Shown: positions 1 through 10,790 of the stretch, one piece after another
Layout: each line of letters starts with the position of its first letter
Position numbering within the stretch: the first letter of the stretch is position 1
From: Girardia tigrina
Taxonomy: Eukaryota
Length of the DNA: 61,654 nucleotides
Direction of reading: 5' to 3'
Assembly (NCBI GenBank): GCA_001938485.1
Contig: MQRK01232893.1
Coordinates: 1-61,654, forward strand
Notes under the pieces: model-generated
What the model saw: the letters and a program-made list of their open reading frames with translations, nothing else
Told to the model about the DNA's origin: nothing
Databases searched by the model: none
Program-made: the position numbers and the translations under genes

Positions 1-1880
1 ACCGCCTCCTAAGAATAAAAAAGAACTACAGACATTTCTGGGCCTATGAAACTTTTACAACAGTTTCCTCCACAACAAGTCTTCCTTGGCAGAACCACTA
101 CACAGACTGCTGGAAAACAGGCAAACATGGTGTTGGAAACCTATTCACCAACAAAGTTTTGAAACGGTAAAGAAGCTTCTCACATCCGACAAAGTGTTCC
201 GACCTCTCGAGACACACTTACCGATTACCGTCACGTGCGATGCATCACATAAGCGCAGTTCTGAGTCAAATTCAAAAAGATGGCCGATTAGCTCCAGTGG
301 CTTTTGCATCTCGAACCTTGACGTAGCTGAACGAAACTATATTCAAATCGATTCGGAGGCCCTTGCACTGATATACATCGTTAAGAAGTACCACCATTTC
401 TTGTACGGACAGGAATTTACTTTAATAATTGACCGTAAGTCCCTGCTGGGTCGGTTCACCACCGACAAACAGACACCTGAGATAATTTCTCCGAGAATGA
501 TGAGATGGTCAGTGCTACTACAAGCTTACAACTTCTGCCTTGTATACCAGCAAGGTAATAAAATGGGTGATGTCGATGGTTTGAGTAGATCATCCACCAC
601 TGCACTGAAGAGACTCGAAACAAATACGGACCCTACACATGTTTCTCGGATGAGATATCACAGCAACCAATGTTGGCCGGTAAAATTGCAAATTTAACCA
701 GAAAGGACTCATTTTTCTCGAAAGTCCTCAGTTGGGTAGAAAAGTTGTGGCCAGTTCGAACAAAAGCCAGTTTCGAAGCATTTTTTGTTGTTGTTATTTG
801 TTATGGTGACAAGTATAATAATTCCTCCAATTGCTAGATCAAGGGTCTTAAAATCATTAATTGTGGCATATCCCAGAATGACTCGGATGAAGGCTTTAGC
901 GTTTGGTTGCCAAAACTGGACGAAGAGATCAAACTCCAAGTGAGAGCTTGCGAACTTTGTCAGGTGACGCGACACTCGCCACCGCGAGCTCCCATCCACC
1001 CATGGGAAGTTCCTAGACAACCCTGGTCGAGACAACATATCGATTTTGCTGGCCCTTTTCAAGGAGAAACATTTCTTATTGTTGTGGATACGTACTCCAA
1101 ATGGATAGAAGTACGCAGGACCCCAAACATGACGAGCGTAGCAGTCATTAACGTCCTGCGGAAACTATGTGCCACACACGGGCTGCCAGACTTGGTGGTG
1201 TCAGACAACGGCACACAGTTCACCTCTGAGGAATCCCGCCAATTCCAAGCTAGCAACCTCATCAGACAGATTTGGGTAGCTCCTTATCACCCAGCTAGCA
1301 ACGGTCTAGCGGAGTGGGTGGTTCAGACTACAAAGGATGCATTGAAACGGTTCTTGGCAAAAGCGATTAGAGCAATTCTTGTTAACACAACACTCGACGG
1401 CGAGTACATCATCGGGTTTCAGCCCTGCGGAAATGTTCATGGGACGGAAGTTGAGAATCTTACTGGACAGAATCCATCCGGATTTCACACTGGAAAAACA
1501 ACTAAACAAAGATGCAGAGTTAGCTACAAATAATGAGAAACGGAAGACGTGGGAATTCTTAACCGGAGATCAGGTCCTCATACGCAGTTTCAGACCAAAT
1601 TCAAAAAGGATGCCCACCCAGATCCCAAGGCAGACTGGACCTCTTTCCTACGAAACAGTCAAGGCCAAAGACCACACCCAAGCGATGAACCTGGACGCTA
1701 TCCGTGATTGCGACGTGGCCTCTTCTTCCGCAGACAAATTTGGCACAGACGGAGACAACTCTCATCCGCAAGAGGCAATCGAAAAGATAGCACAAATTGA
1801 TAAAATACCGGACTTTTCCCGCGTCCTCAGAATACACACCAGGGGTCGAAATACCTGGAGGAATATGTTCCGCGCTAGGG
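1..1880 (+). mobile_element. Ty3/Gypsy LTR retrotransposon pol 3' part (RNase H + integrase), frameshifted
   Basis: ORF 86-697 has TCDAS, ERNYIQIDSEALALIY and DVDGLSR (RNase H). ORF 907-1533 has CELC, HIDFAGPF, VSDNGTQF and PYHPASNGLAE (integrase). Several frameshifts and stops. Confidence 0.93.
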
Positions 1881-1889
1881 GTAAAGGGG

Positions 1890-2050
1890 TGTTGTATATT
1901 TACAATTGTTTAAATAACTGTAGTGAGCGCTGAATATAAGCGAAATAAATTCGTGTAATATCTGCTATATTCGTGCGTTGGATTACTGTTGTCACGCACC
2001 TGGCCGACCGATTTGTGATTAACGCTATGGTATATAACGACGATGACAAC
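1890..2050 (+). repeat. Probable short 3' LTR of the preceding Gypsy element
   Basis: Purine tract AGGGGTAAAGGGG (1877-1889) is followed directly by TGTTGT. The right boundary is approximate. Confidence 0.55.
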
Positions 2051-3678
2051 TATTGTAGAAATATAATTTTGGAGTGATTTTGTTATCTTTGAGATTTGAC
2101 AGTAAATTTCACAGTTGATATTAAGACCAAATTGTGTTATAAATGTAATGCTTTCATTTAATATAAAAATCTGGACACGTTTATTTAGAACAAGGCATTT
2201 AAAATCAAATGAAAGCTTCTCATAATCTTTTATTACTAAAAAAATGTAAATGTTAATTAAATTAATTGTAATATTTAGGCATGATGCATTAATTCTCAAT
2301 GATAACTACAGTTAATTATACAATAACAAAAAATAATGTGGATTTCGAATAAAATAAATAATAATGACACAAATTATATCTATTCGTGTTATTTTACGGT
2401 CAGATAAATTTAATGGTAGTTTTCAGTATAGTCAAACAAAAAAATATTTAAATAACTGAAATTTATTTTAATTAAATAAATTATTAATATTGAACACTCA
2501 TTCACATTTTATAAAATTAATTTTTTTATCAAATCTCAATATAAATCTAAATTTATTGCTTATTTTATATATAAAACTTAAATTGATTTCAAGTTATAAT
2601 TAGCTAAAAATATGAATTAAATCTTTAATATATTTAGTAACTTATATGAATTATTCTCAGTAATTATTACTGTTTATTTACTTTACTACATTGGAAATCT
2701 TCTTGTCAAATGGGAATACTACAGAAAGTCACATCATACATAATTAATTTTTACCTAAATCATCCATGGTTATTTTTTCTCTCAAACTTGACTGCGAATT
2801 AAATAGGTATTATATCAAAATTAAGTCTTTAAAAATATATTTGGGATAATAATTACAGAAAAAAATTTCGCATATTATTGTTGCTGAAAAAATTAATTAG
2901 AAAGCTAGTATTATTTATTACTTTGTTTGCAAATTTATAAATTTAATGTTCTTTGATTATATGTGCTGAGATATGAACAGTGTGTTTCGACATTTTAGGT
3001 AACTCGATAAATGCGGATATGAACAGTTAATTACAATTTTCAGTTTTCCAAATAACTTAAAATTCTAACGAAAAATAAATAATTACGTAAAACATCAAAA
3101 ATTCATAAAGTTTATTAAACTAAAAGAAATTAAAAATAGGATTTAAAAAACAGCCAACAAAAATTAAATAATTATTTAAAACCAAAAAGTAAATAAGGTT
3201 TAAAAATCTAAAAAGTAAATAAGGGATTTTTTAATAACTAAAAAACTGTATAATAAAAAAAATTAACAAAAATTGTAAGTTAAAAAAGTTTAGATTAATT
3301 AAATTCGAAATATTTTAAAAAAAGAAAATATTTAGTAAAAAATTTAAAATAATAAATAGGGACAGTAAATTGATTTAAAAAAACAATAATTCAGGTACAA
3401 TTATGAGAACAACATTATTTTAAAAGAAATTAAATTTAAAGTTAAGTTGAATATTTTTTAACAAAAGTAGTACATTTCAGAGATAAATTTTAATAGTGAA
3501 AGTTTAATAAATTTATACAAAAATAGAAAATTTAATCAATGGATTATGGGTAGATGATTGAATTACGGAGAAGATATTTGTTTAAATTTGTATCTAATTT
3601 TCATTATAAATCTTTATATGAAATTATTATTTCTAGTTTTAAATCAAACATCATCGAACATTATGTCAATTCAAACTA

Positions 3679-5075
3679 TTGGGTTGTTGCATAAGTTCCC
3701 GCCGTTACATGAAACTATTTGTTCTACAAAGACTTTGATGTTTGGCGAAGTGTTATATACCATTAGAAAGCCCGTGCTATGCTCTACAAGATTAAAGTAA
3801 TCGTTTTTGCATATATTATTTTTTTGTCTTTTTTTAGAACCGTCAAATGGATTGTCAAGTTGACAAAAAATCGCATTTTCGACACCTCTTTCTTTTCGCC
3901 TTTAATCGAGGTCAAAAAGCGACCGAAGCTACCAGAGATATTTGTGCCGTGAATGGAGAGGACGCTATAGCTGAGAGAACTGCTCGGGATTGGTTTGCCA
4001 GGTTCAAACACGATAATTTCGACCTCAACGACGCTACTCGTTCTGGAAGACCAGTTGAGATGGACGAGGACCACCTCGGGGATTTTTTGAAGGAAGATGA
4101 CCGCCAGATATACAGAGAATTGACCAAAAGATGAATTGTGATTTTACGACAATTTCACGTCATCTTCAGTTGATAGGTTTCATTCAAAAGCTTGGAGATT
4201 GGGTCCCACACGAACTCACCCAAAAGAAGGATAAGCGGCTTTCAATTGCTGCTCAAAATCTCGCTCGACACCAAGGAACCCATGGCTACAGGCAACGTTT
4301 CTTATATAGAATCGTCGCTGGAGACGAGAAATGGTGTCTCTATGTGAAATTGAAGCAAAGGAAAGAGTGGGTGAGTCCTGGAGGAAGCCTAAACCCAGGA
4401 TCAAGAAAGACCTGCACCCGATGAAGACAATGATTTGCGTATAGTGGGATTGGGCAGGTCTAATCCACTGGGAAATGCTTGGAAAGGACATGATAGTAGA
4501 AAAGAATCTCTATAAAGCTCAATTGCATCGAGTCAATGAGGCAATTCAACAAAAAAACCGGATCGACAAGGCCAGGTGATCCTACTCCATGACAATGCTC
4601 TACAACACACCGCAAAAACTGTCAAGATGGCACTCCAAGAGATCGGTTTGGAGGTCCTNNNNNNNNNNNNNNNNNNNNNNNNNNNNNNNNNNNNNNNNNN
4701 NNNNNNNNACATCCTCCCTATTCCTCAGACCTCGCCCCGATGGATTACCATCTCTTCCGCTGCCTTTCAAATGAAATGAGGGGTCTTAGCTTCGAAAATC
4801 AGGATCATCTTGAGAATTGGCTCAACAGCTTCTTCGACACTCGACCTATGGATTTCTGGCGAAATGGAATCAACAAACCTGTGGAAAGATGGGAAGAAGT
4901 AGTGAACAATGAAGGAGAGTACATAATTGATTGAAATGTTATTATTTTTGCTGTTAAAATTTTATGATTTCATTAAATATATAATTAACTGAGTAATTAT
5001 TTTGGTTGTTAAAATTCTTTGATTTCTTTGAAAATAAATGTTTAAAAAACGGCGGGAACTTATGCTTCAACCAAA
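3679..5075 (+). mobile_element. mariner transposon (mellifera-like), defective
   Basis: 28-bp TIRs TTGGGTTGTTGCATAAGTTCCCGCCGTT / AACGGCGGGAACTTATGCTTCAACCAAA with TA on both flanks. Transposase motifs WVPHEL, GDEKW, HDNA and DYHLF are split by frameshifts. N-gap at 4659-4708. Confidence 0.95.
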
Positions 5076-5472
5076 TACAATTAACATTATAACATCTTGT
5101 GACTCTTAATCTATTGCAGGACAGATATATCCAAAAATATAGCGTTACTCAATAATATCAAAACTCATTAATGTTGCTGTGAGATGCATCTTCCTCAAAA
5201 AGTTGCTAGCAATTTAGAAACAAATTGGACACATGCAAATTTCGGATTTAAAGACCCACAACAGACAGAAAATCTATTTATCAGTGGTAGGACTTATAAT
5301 AAAAGTCTACTTTTAATTATAAAGGAAAAATCTTAAGAGATTGTTATGTAGTAATAAATGAATAAAAATTATCTGACTTTATAAATTTTATTATCTAACA
5401 ATAAACGAAAGGATGATAAAAGAAGTTTAGACGAAACTGTCAGTGTTTCGTCAATAAAAAGAAACGGGAGTA

Positions 5473-6247
5473 TGTGGAAGTAATTAATTTTTGGTTCGCT
5501 GATCAAAATTTAAATAGTTTTAAAAAGATTATTTTGAATTAAAATCAAATTGAAAATTTTAAAAATCAATTTCAATTTTAAAAAAACATTCTTAATTAAA
5601 AAAACATTTATTAAAAACATTAATTAAAAAACATTCTTTATTAAAAATTTTTTATTACTCCTTCCGTCCGGAAATATGGTATACATTTTAGTACACCTTT
5701 TAGTATACAAATGTATACCATATTTCCAGACGGAGGGAATAATATTTGTTAAAATATATTTTCTAATTTTGAATTAATTTAATGATATGATTAAAAGATT
5801 AAATATTTAAACAATAAAAGATTGAATATTAAATGTAACGTATTTTCAAAATTTCTAAAATAATAAAATATTAAAAATGGTTTTTTAAAAAAAACGCAAA
5901 AGTAAAAAAAACAGCATATAAGATTTCAGTTGAAAAACAAAATTATAAAAACAGGATAAAAAAATTAAAATAAAAAAAACATTTAAACATTAAATATTTT
6001 TTTGAAAAATTTTAATTTATGTAAAATCATTTAGATAAATATTTTTTTTAAAAATTTAAAAAAAGTTGAATGTTGTTTTGACTTAATTAAAATTATAAAT
6101 ATATGAAAGATTATTTGAAAATAGAGATCAGCAGATTAATTATTAATTAGGAAAATAGTTTGAAAATTTGTTTGAGAGTTGTTTTATAACAAAGATATAA
6201 TTTGAGTAAAATGAATTCTGATATTGACATCACAAATACTTTTAACA
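5473..6247 (+). repeat. Probable Gypsy LTR upstream of gag; homologous to the inverted copy at 28746-30235
   Basis: Begins TGTGG after purine-rich AAAAGAAACGGGAG and ends ...TTAACA before the TGGCGACT PBS-like motif. Aligns by eye with the reverse complement of 28746-28960 plus 29947-30235. Confidence 0.65.
5658..5739. mobile_element. 82-bp Stowaway-like MITE
   Basis: About 30-bp TIRs CTCCTTCCGTCCGGAAATATGGTATACATTT / AAATGTATACCATATTTCCAGACGGAGGGAA, TA on both sides. Confidence 0.85.
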
Positions 6248-7555
6248 TGGCGACTAACGCTGCAATGGATATCTTCACGGGTCAACTGTTACCTGAAAAG
6301 TACAGGAAAGGTGATAATGTGGAGACATTTATTGAAGAATGTGAAACATTTTTTTAATTTTGCAGGAATAGCGAAGGCCAGACAAGAGACAGTAGTCATT
6401 TGTTTATTGGAGAGAGATCTGAAAGATTGATGCAAAGCGATAGATAAGACAATAGTAGATCATAAAGACCGATTGAGAAAGGCATTCTCTCGAACTTCCT
6501 CACTATTCGAAGATCTGACTGAGGCATGCCGGCACAGGATGAAGGAAGACTTACCGGAATTACTTTTTTTAGAAAGTAGTAAAGCTCGCAGTCAAGATCT
6601 TGAAACATAGCTTGTCAAAAGAGGCCCTCAGGGAAGCATTATTGTTACATTGTTGTGATGATGTGGACATAAAAAGGAAATGCAACTTAACAAAGTGAAA
6701 GGAATAGATGAGATAAAAGAAAAGATAAAGGTAGTACATGACGTCAAAAGTGTGACAGAAGACGTGAATGTAGTAAGAGACCAGGGGATACAAAACAAAA
6801 CCTTTAGTTACAGAGACGTAGTAACAGAGACAGTAAATACTGAAAAAAATCAGACAGGGGTTGGTAGAAATACTACATAATACGATCAAGGCATGAAAGC
6901 GGTCAAATGTAAAAATTGTGAAAAAGTAGGTCACACATGTGAAACATGTAGACAAAGAAAACCAATCAAGTGTTTCGGATCTGGAAAAGAAGGACACATG
7001 ATAAGAAATTGTTCCGAAAGGAGATCAATAAAATATTATGGTTGTGGACCACAGAGACACGTAAGAAGAAACTGTCCAAACATCGAATGCAAAAGATGTC
7101 AAGATAGAGGTCACAGTGAAAGTGAATGGTATGCAAACCTAAATGGCAGAAGAAGACAGCAAAATCAGATGACAATAACTATCAAGGATCGGGCTACAAT
7201 CAACAAAGATATAACGATAGAGAAAACAGAAGACGAGGAGATAATCGCAGATTCGTAAATATAATTGAAGAAGAATATGAAGAATCGGTGACAGGAAGTG
7301 AACATCCAAAAGGCAACGCCTAGACAGAAGTTAGCAAGTCGGGGCAATAAATTAAAAGATACCAGCGACTCCCAAGGTATTGGTATTTATAGTAGAAGTA
7401 ATATATCAAATTTTATAGACGTAGTGATAGACGATGAAAGAAATGTTAAGATAAGTGAAGCAAGAGTAAATGATAAAGAACGGAAATTTATAAAGAAAGA
7501 AACTTTTGAGGACAAACTTGGACGAAGTTTAGTAGGAATAATTTTTTACGATCGA
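6247..7555 (+). pseudogene. Degenerate Gypsy gag with four tandem CCHC-type zinc knuckles, truncated near the gag/protease junction
   Basis: The start MATNAAMDIF...VETFIEECE resembles the gag at 50764. ORF 6893-7258 has CKNCEKVGHTCETC, CFGSGKEGHMIRNC, YYGCGPQRHVRRNC and CKRCQDRGHSESEW. Confidence 0.85.
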
Positions 7556-7559
7556 GAAT

Positions 7560-10500
7560 ACTATGATGTGCACGCAAACCAGACCCCTTCCGTCCATTGC
7601 GCCACCCCGCGAGCACAGAATTGTTGTAGCGTTCGGGAATAGTCCAACTCGACTATTTCCGGTTATGTTTAAATGTATTTCGTGCTTCAGCGAGGTAGTG
7701 AAAGTCCAGAGGGGTCTGTGAGTTTTACGAAACCGATTGTAAACCCCGCAGTGACAGAAGACGTACTGGAGACTTTGGGAAACCTTTTGGAAACTTTCTA
7801 AAATGAAAAAAAAATTAAAATTTTAATTAAGATAATTAAAATTACCATGATGATTCAAAACTCCATTCGAATGTGATAAGCGAAAAACCATATCGCATAA
7901 ATAGTCGTCTGTTTGCGAACACCAGGCTGGATGGATTGAGGCGCCGCCATGGTAGGATGTTGCCTACAAACATAAACAATTATGAAGGACGAGAGAGAAT
8001 AATAAATAATTACCGAGTGTAACGACCAATCCAGTACACAGCACCTCGAAACAGAGAGACCAGGAGCGACAGATAAACAACTGTAGATGAAGGATTCTGA
8101 TTATAATCAAATTTCGGTTTGTCAGGACGTCGCAACATCCTGCCTCAAATTAACCAGTATGCCGAGCCTACCGCAGATTGTGTGTAGTTGATATGGTATA
8201 AATACCCAATTCGGCTTGCACATTAGGCGCACATTGCATACCCCTGCTTATATTGGCATAATTTATAATACTAAACATTTTGAACAAGTTATTTTGACTG
8301 CAACCAACCTTAACCATTTACTGATTGACGATTATATTGCGACGATAGATTATCCACGTCTAAAAAGTAAATCGTTTATGATTGTTGGCTTATTTAAATA
8401 TTGATTTATACATTTTCTTTTTTATTTTTTTATATTAGTTATAATTTGATTTCGTCTTGTTTATGGTGTTTTATTTGTGGGTAATCCTCAAAGAGTTTTA
8501 GTATATCATCAAAAATCTTTTGTGTGATTCCCGTCATATTTGAGTTAACAGTTCAGTTTGAATTATCGTTAATAAAAGTTTAATTATGATCTTATTAAAT
8601 TTTCTTTACTGTTGCGTTATGTCTCGACTTGGGGTCGATTATGTTTGCATTTTGAATCCGAAAATCACACTGTGGAAGCATATTCAGACCCTCATGAGTA
8701 GCGAGGTTAGCGGTTCGGGCGGACATAGATGCGAACACAGGTCACTTCGGTATCCAAGAGATCAGGAAGAATGGTTCTTGGACTCCGATGTGTAGCTAAG
8801 CCGCATGCGGGACTTGTAAATAGTATACATAGTAGATTTGCGGAAATAATTAGAATTGATGAAGACTCAATTATAACCTTATTTTTGCATCTATCATTAT
8901 TAATGAATCTATCGCCGGTTTATTAAAATTATTATTATTTCATTATTTCATTCCCTTTCATAATTTTATAATTTCATAATTCCATATAATTTTGTCATTA
9001 TTCTTTTATGTAATTTTATTTAGTTACGGTTTTATTCCATTAATGTTTCATTATTTCATTTCATTTCATAATTTTGTAATTTTATAATTACATATAATTT
9101 TGTCATTATTCTTTTATGTAATTTTATTTAGTTACGGCTTTATTCTATTAATGTTTCATTATTTGTTCATATCAACAACAGGTCTTTCAATTTACAAAAT
9201 AACTAAAAGCATTGTATATTATTATTGCTGTACTGGCGTTTAAGGTATTAGAAAATACGTTGGACGAAATTAGTATTAAGGAAATAGCTTGACACAAACA
9301 GCGGTGACAATTTTATTATGCACAAGCCATGTCGATTTAGTCTCAAATCTGATTAATGAAAATACTCCTCTCATCAGCGTCACCTAATAATTCTAACTCA
9401 CCATCTAGGCATACACTTTCTCTATCTACCTCACATTATTAATTACTCGTTTCAATTTCCTTAACCGCGTTGCCACTAGATGGTGTGTTGTTTCTGCCTA
9501 CACACGGCGCTGCTGCACTCGATTTCGGAGACATTTCTATTTTTAGTAGTAATTCTAACTGAAGATTATTGATTATTCTCGTAGTGGGATTCACTCTTAT
9601 TCTACTGCTTATTGATCTGGGATGATATCGTAATGCTAGATGTGGACTCATTCGGACCTCTACGGCGAAGCTGGGGATTTCTCTCTGTCTAGTCTATCGG
9701 TATCAGGTGAAATTTAAGGTTAGGTATAATTAAATAACAATAAAACATCATTATAAAATATATTCATTTTTCAGAAATCGATATATGATACAATAAGAAA
9801 TTTACAATGATAATGGAATCCGGAGGCGGGTTCTTAAGAATGATTTCGCGGTACTCGGATTTCGTCGATTGACACATCGGAATTCGAAATGTCGGTCTCG
9901 ATATCGGTCCTAGATTTGCAGTTGCTCGGTTGACTCGTCTCTAACTCCGTGCAATCTCGTGTCGGAATTTTTTATCGATCCGTGCCCTGCAGATTCTCTC
10001 GTCGAATGTTTTGTGTGGTAGTAATATCATCTTTTGTCTTATTATCGCAATGTAGTATGATGCGTATTTGCGTGTTTTTTTGTGTTCGGGGTTCTGGAAT
10101 TATCCGCGACTTTTATATTAGAGTTCCAATATGCCTCTGCTTTGTCGTCTCCAATCACAATCCACCAACGAGCCATTCTACAATTTTCGTTCTACTGGTT
10201 GGTCGGTTATTGGCATTGTCGGGTTGTATTCGTTGGTATGCCTCTAAAAATTTTTCGGTAATTTTGATTTTATATAGGAATTGATGACTGTGTGCTTGCA
10301 GGCTGCTGGTGTCACACGGTTCGTGAATCATGGGTTAATGATCGTGAATAATCACGCGGTGATTTCTCGTGGATTTTTTGCTGACTCACGTAAGTCTTAA
10401 TTAATTTCTTATATTTGTTAATTAATTCTTCTAACTTTACAGGGATATATCTCTGCTCAGGAACTTACCATCGGCTCGTGGATAGAAAAATCGGACTCGG

Positions 10501-10770
10501 GGCGCGAAGACCTCTCCGGGGAGGGCCAGTTACTTGATTTCTGCAACTAGGTAAGTTTTGACCCGACTTTATCTATTTTGTTCACTTATGCGGTTGTTTT
10601 TAGTCCCAAAGCGATATCCACAACGCTCCATGACCTTCGAGGGGATCGAGAACAATTCATGTAATCCTTATGCTCGTTTGAATTTGTTTTACAGTTCAAA
10701 TATATGTATAAAGTGTCAATTTTCTTCTATCTGTCTTTATAATTCATGTGTCGGTAGCTCTTTATAACTC
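7560..10770. other. Unclassified block with GC-richer patches and divergent micro-intron structures (possibly a long LTR or an unknown transcription unit)
   Basis: Minus-strand GT-AG introns at 7798-7845 and 7964-8013. Plus-strand GTAAGT..AG introns at 10390-10442 and 10551-10603. No recognisable protein family. Confidence 0.45.
8938..9164. repeat. Two-copy tandem repeat, about 108-bp period
   Basis: GTTACGG occurs at 9023 and 9131 and the flanking sequence is near-identical. Confidence 0.9.
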
Positions 10771-10790
10771 ATGTATAGATAATGTATAGG

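Noticed and set aside
2682-2767. Possible minus-strand gene start MDDL|VFPFDKKISNVV with a 36-nt intron
   Set aside because: No in-frame downstream exon and no recognisable motif; the intron is shorter than the others seen here.
7578-7612. tRNA A-box-like TGGCGCAATGG on the minus strand
   Set aside because: No B-box or cloverleaf follows.
7711-7747. Hammerhead-like GGGGT-CTGTGA-GTTTTAC-GAAAC..GTA-AACCCC
   Set aside because: It needs one deletion in the CUGAUGA core and one insertion at the cleavage site, and stem II has only 1 bp, so it could be chance.
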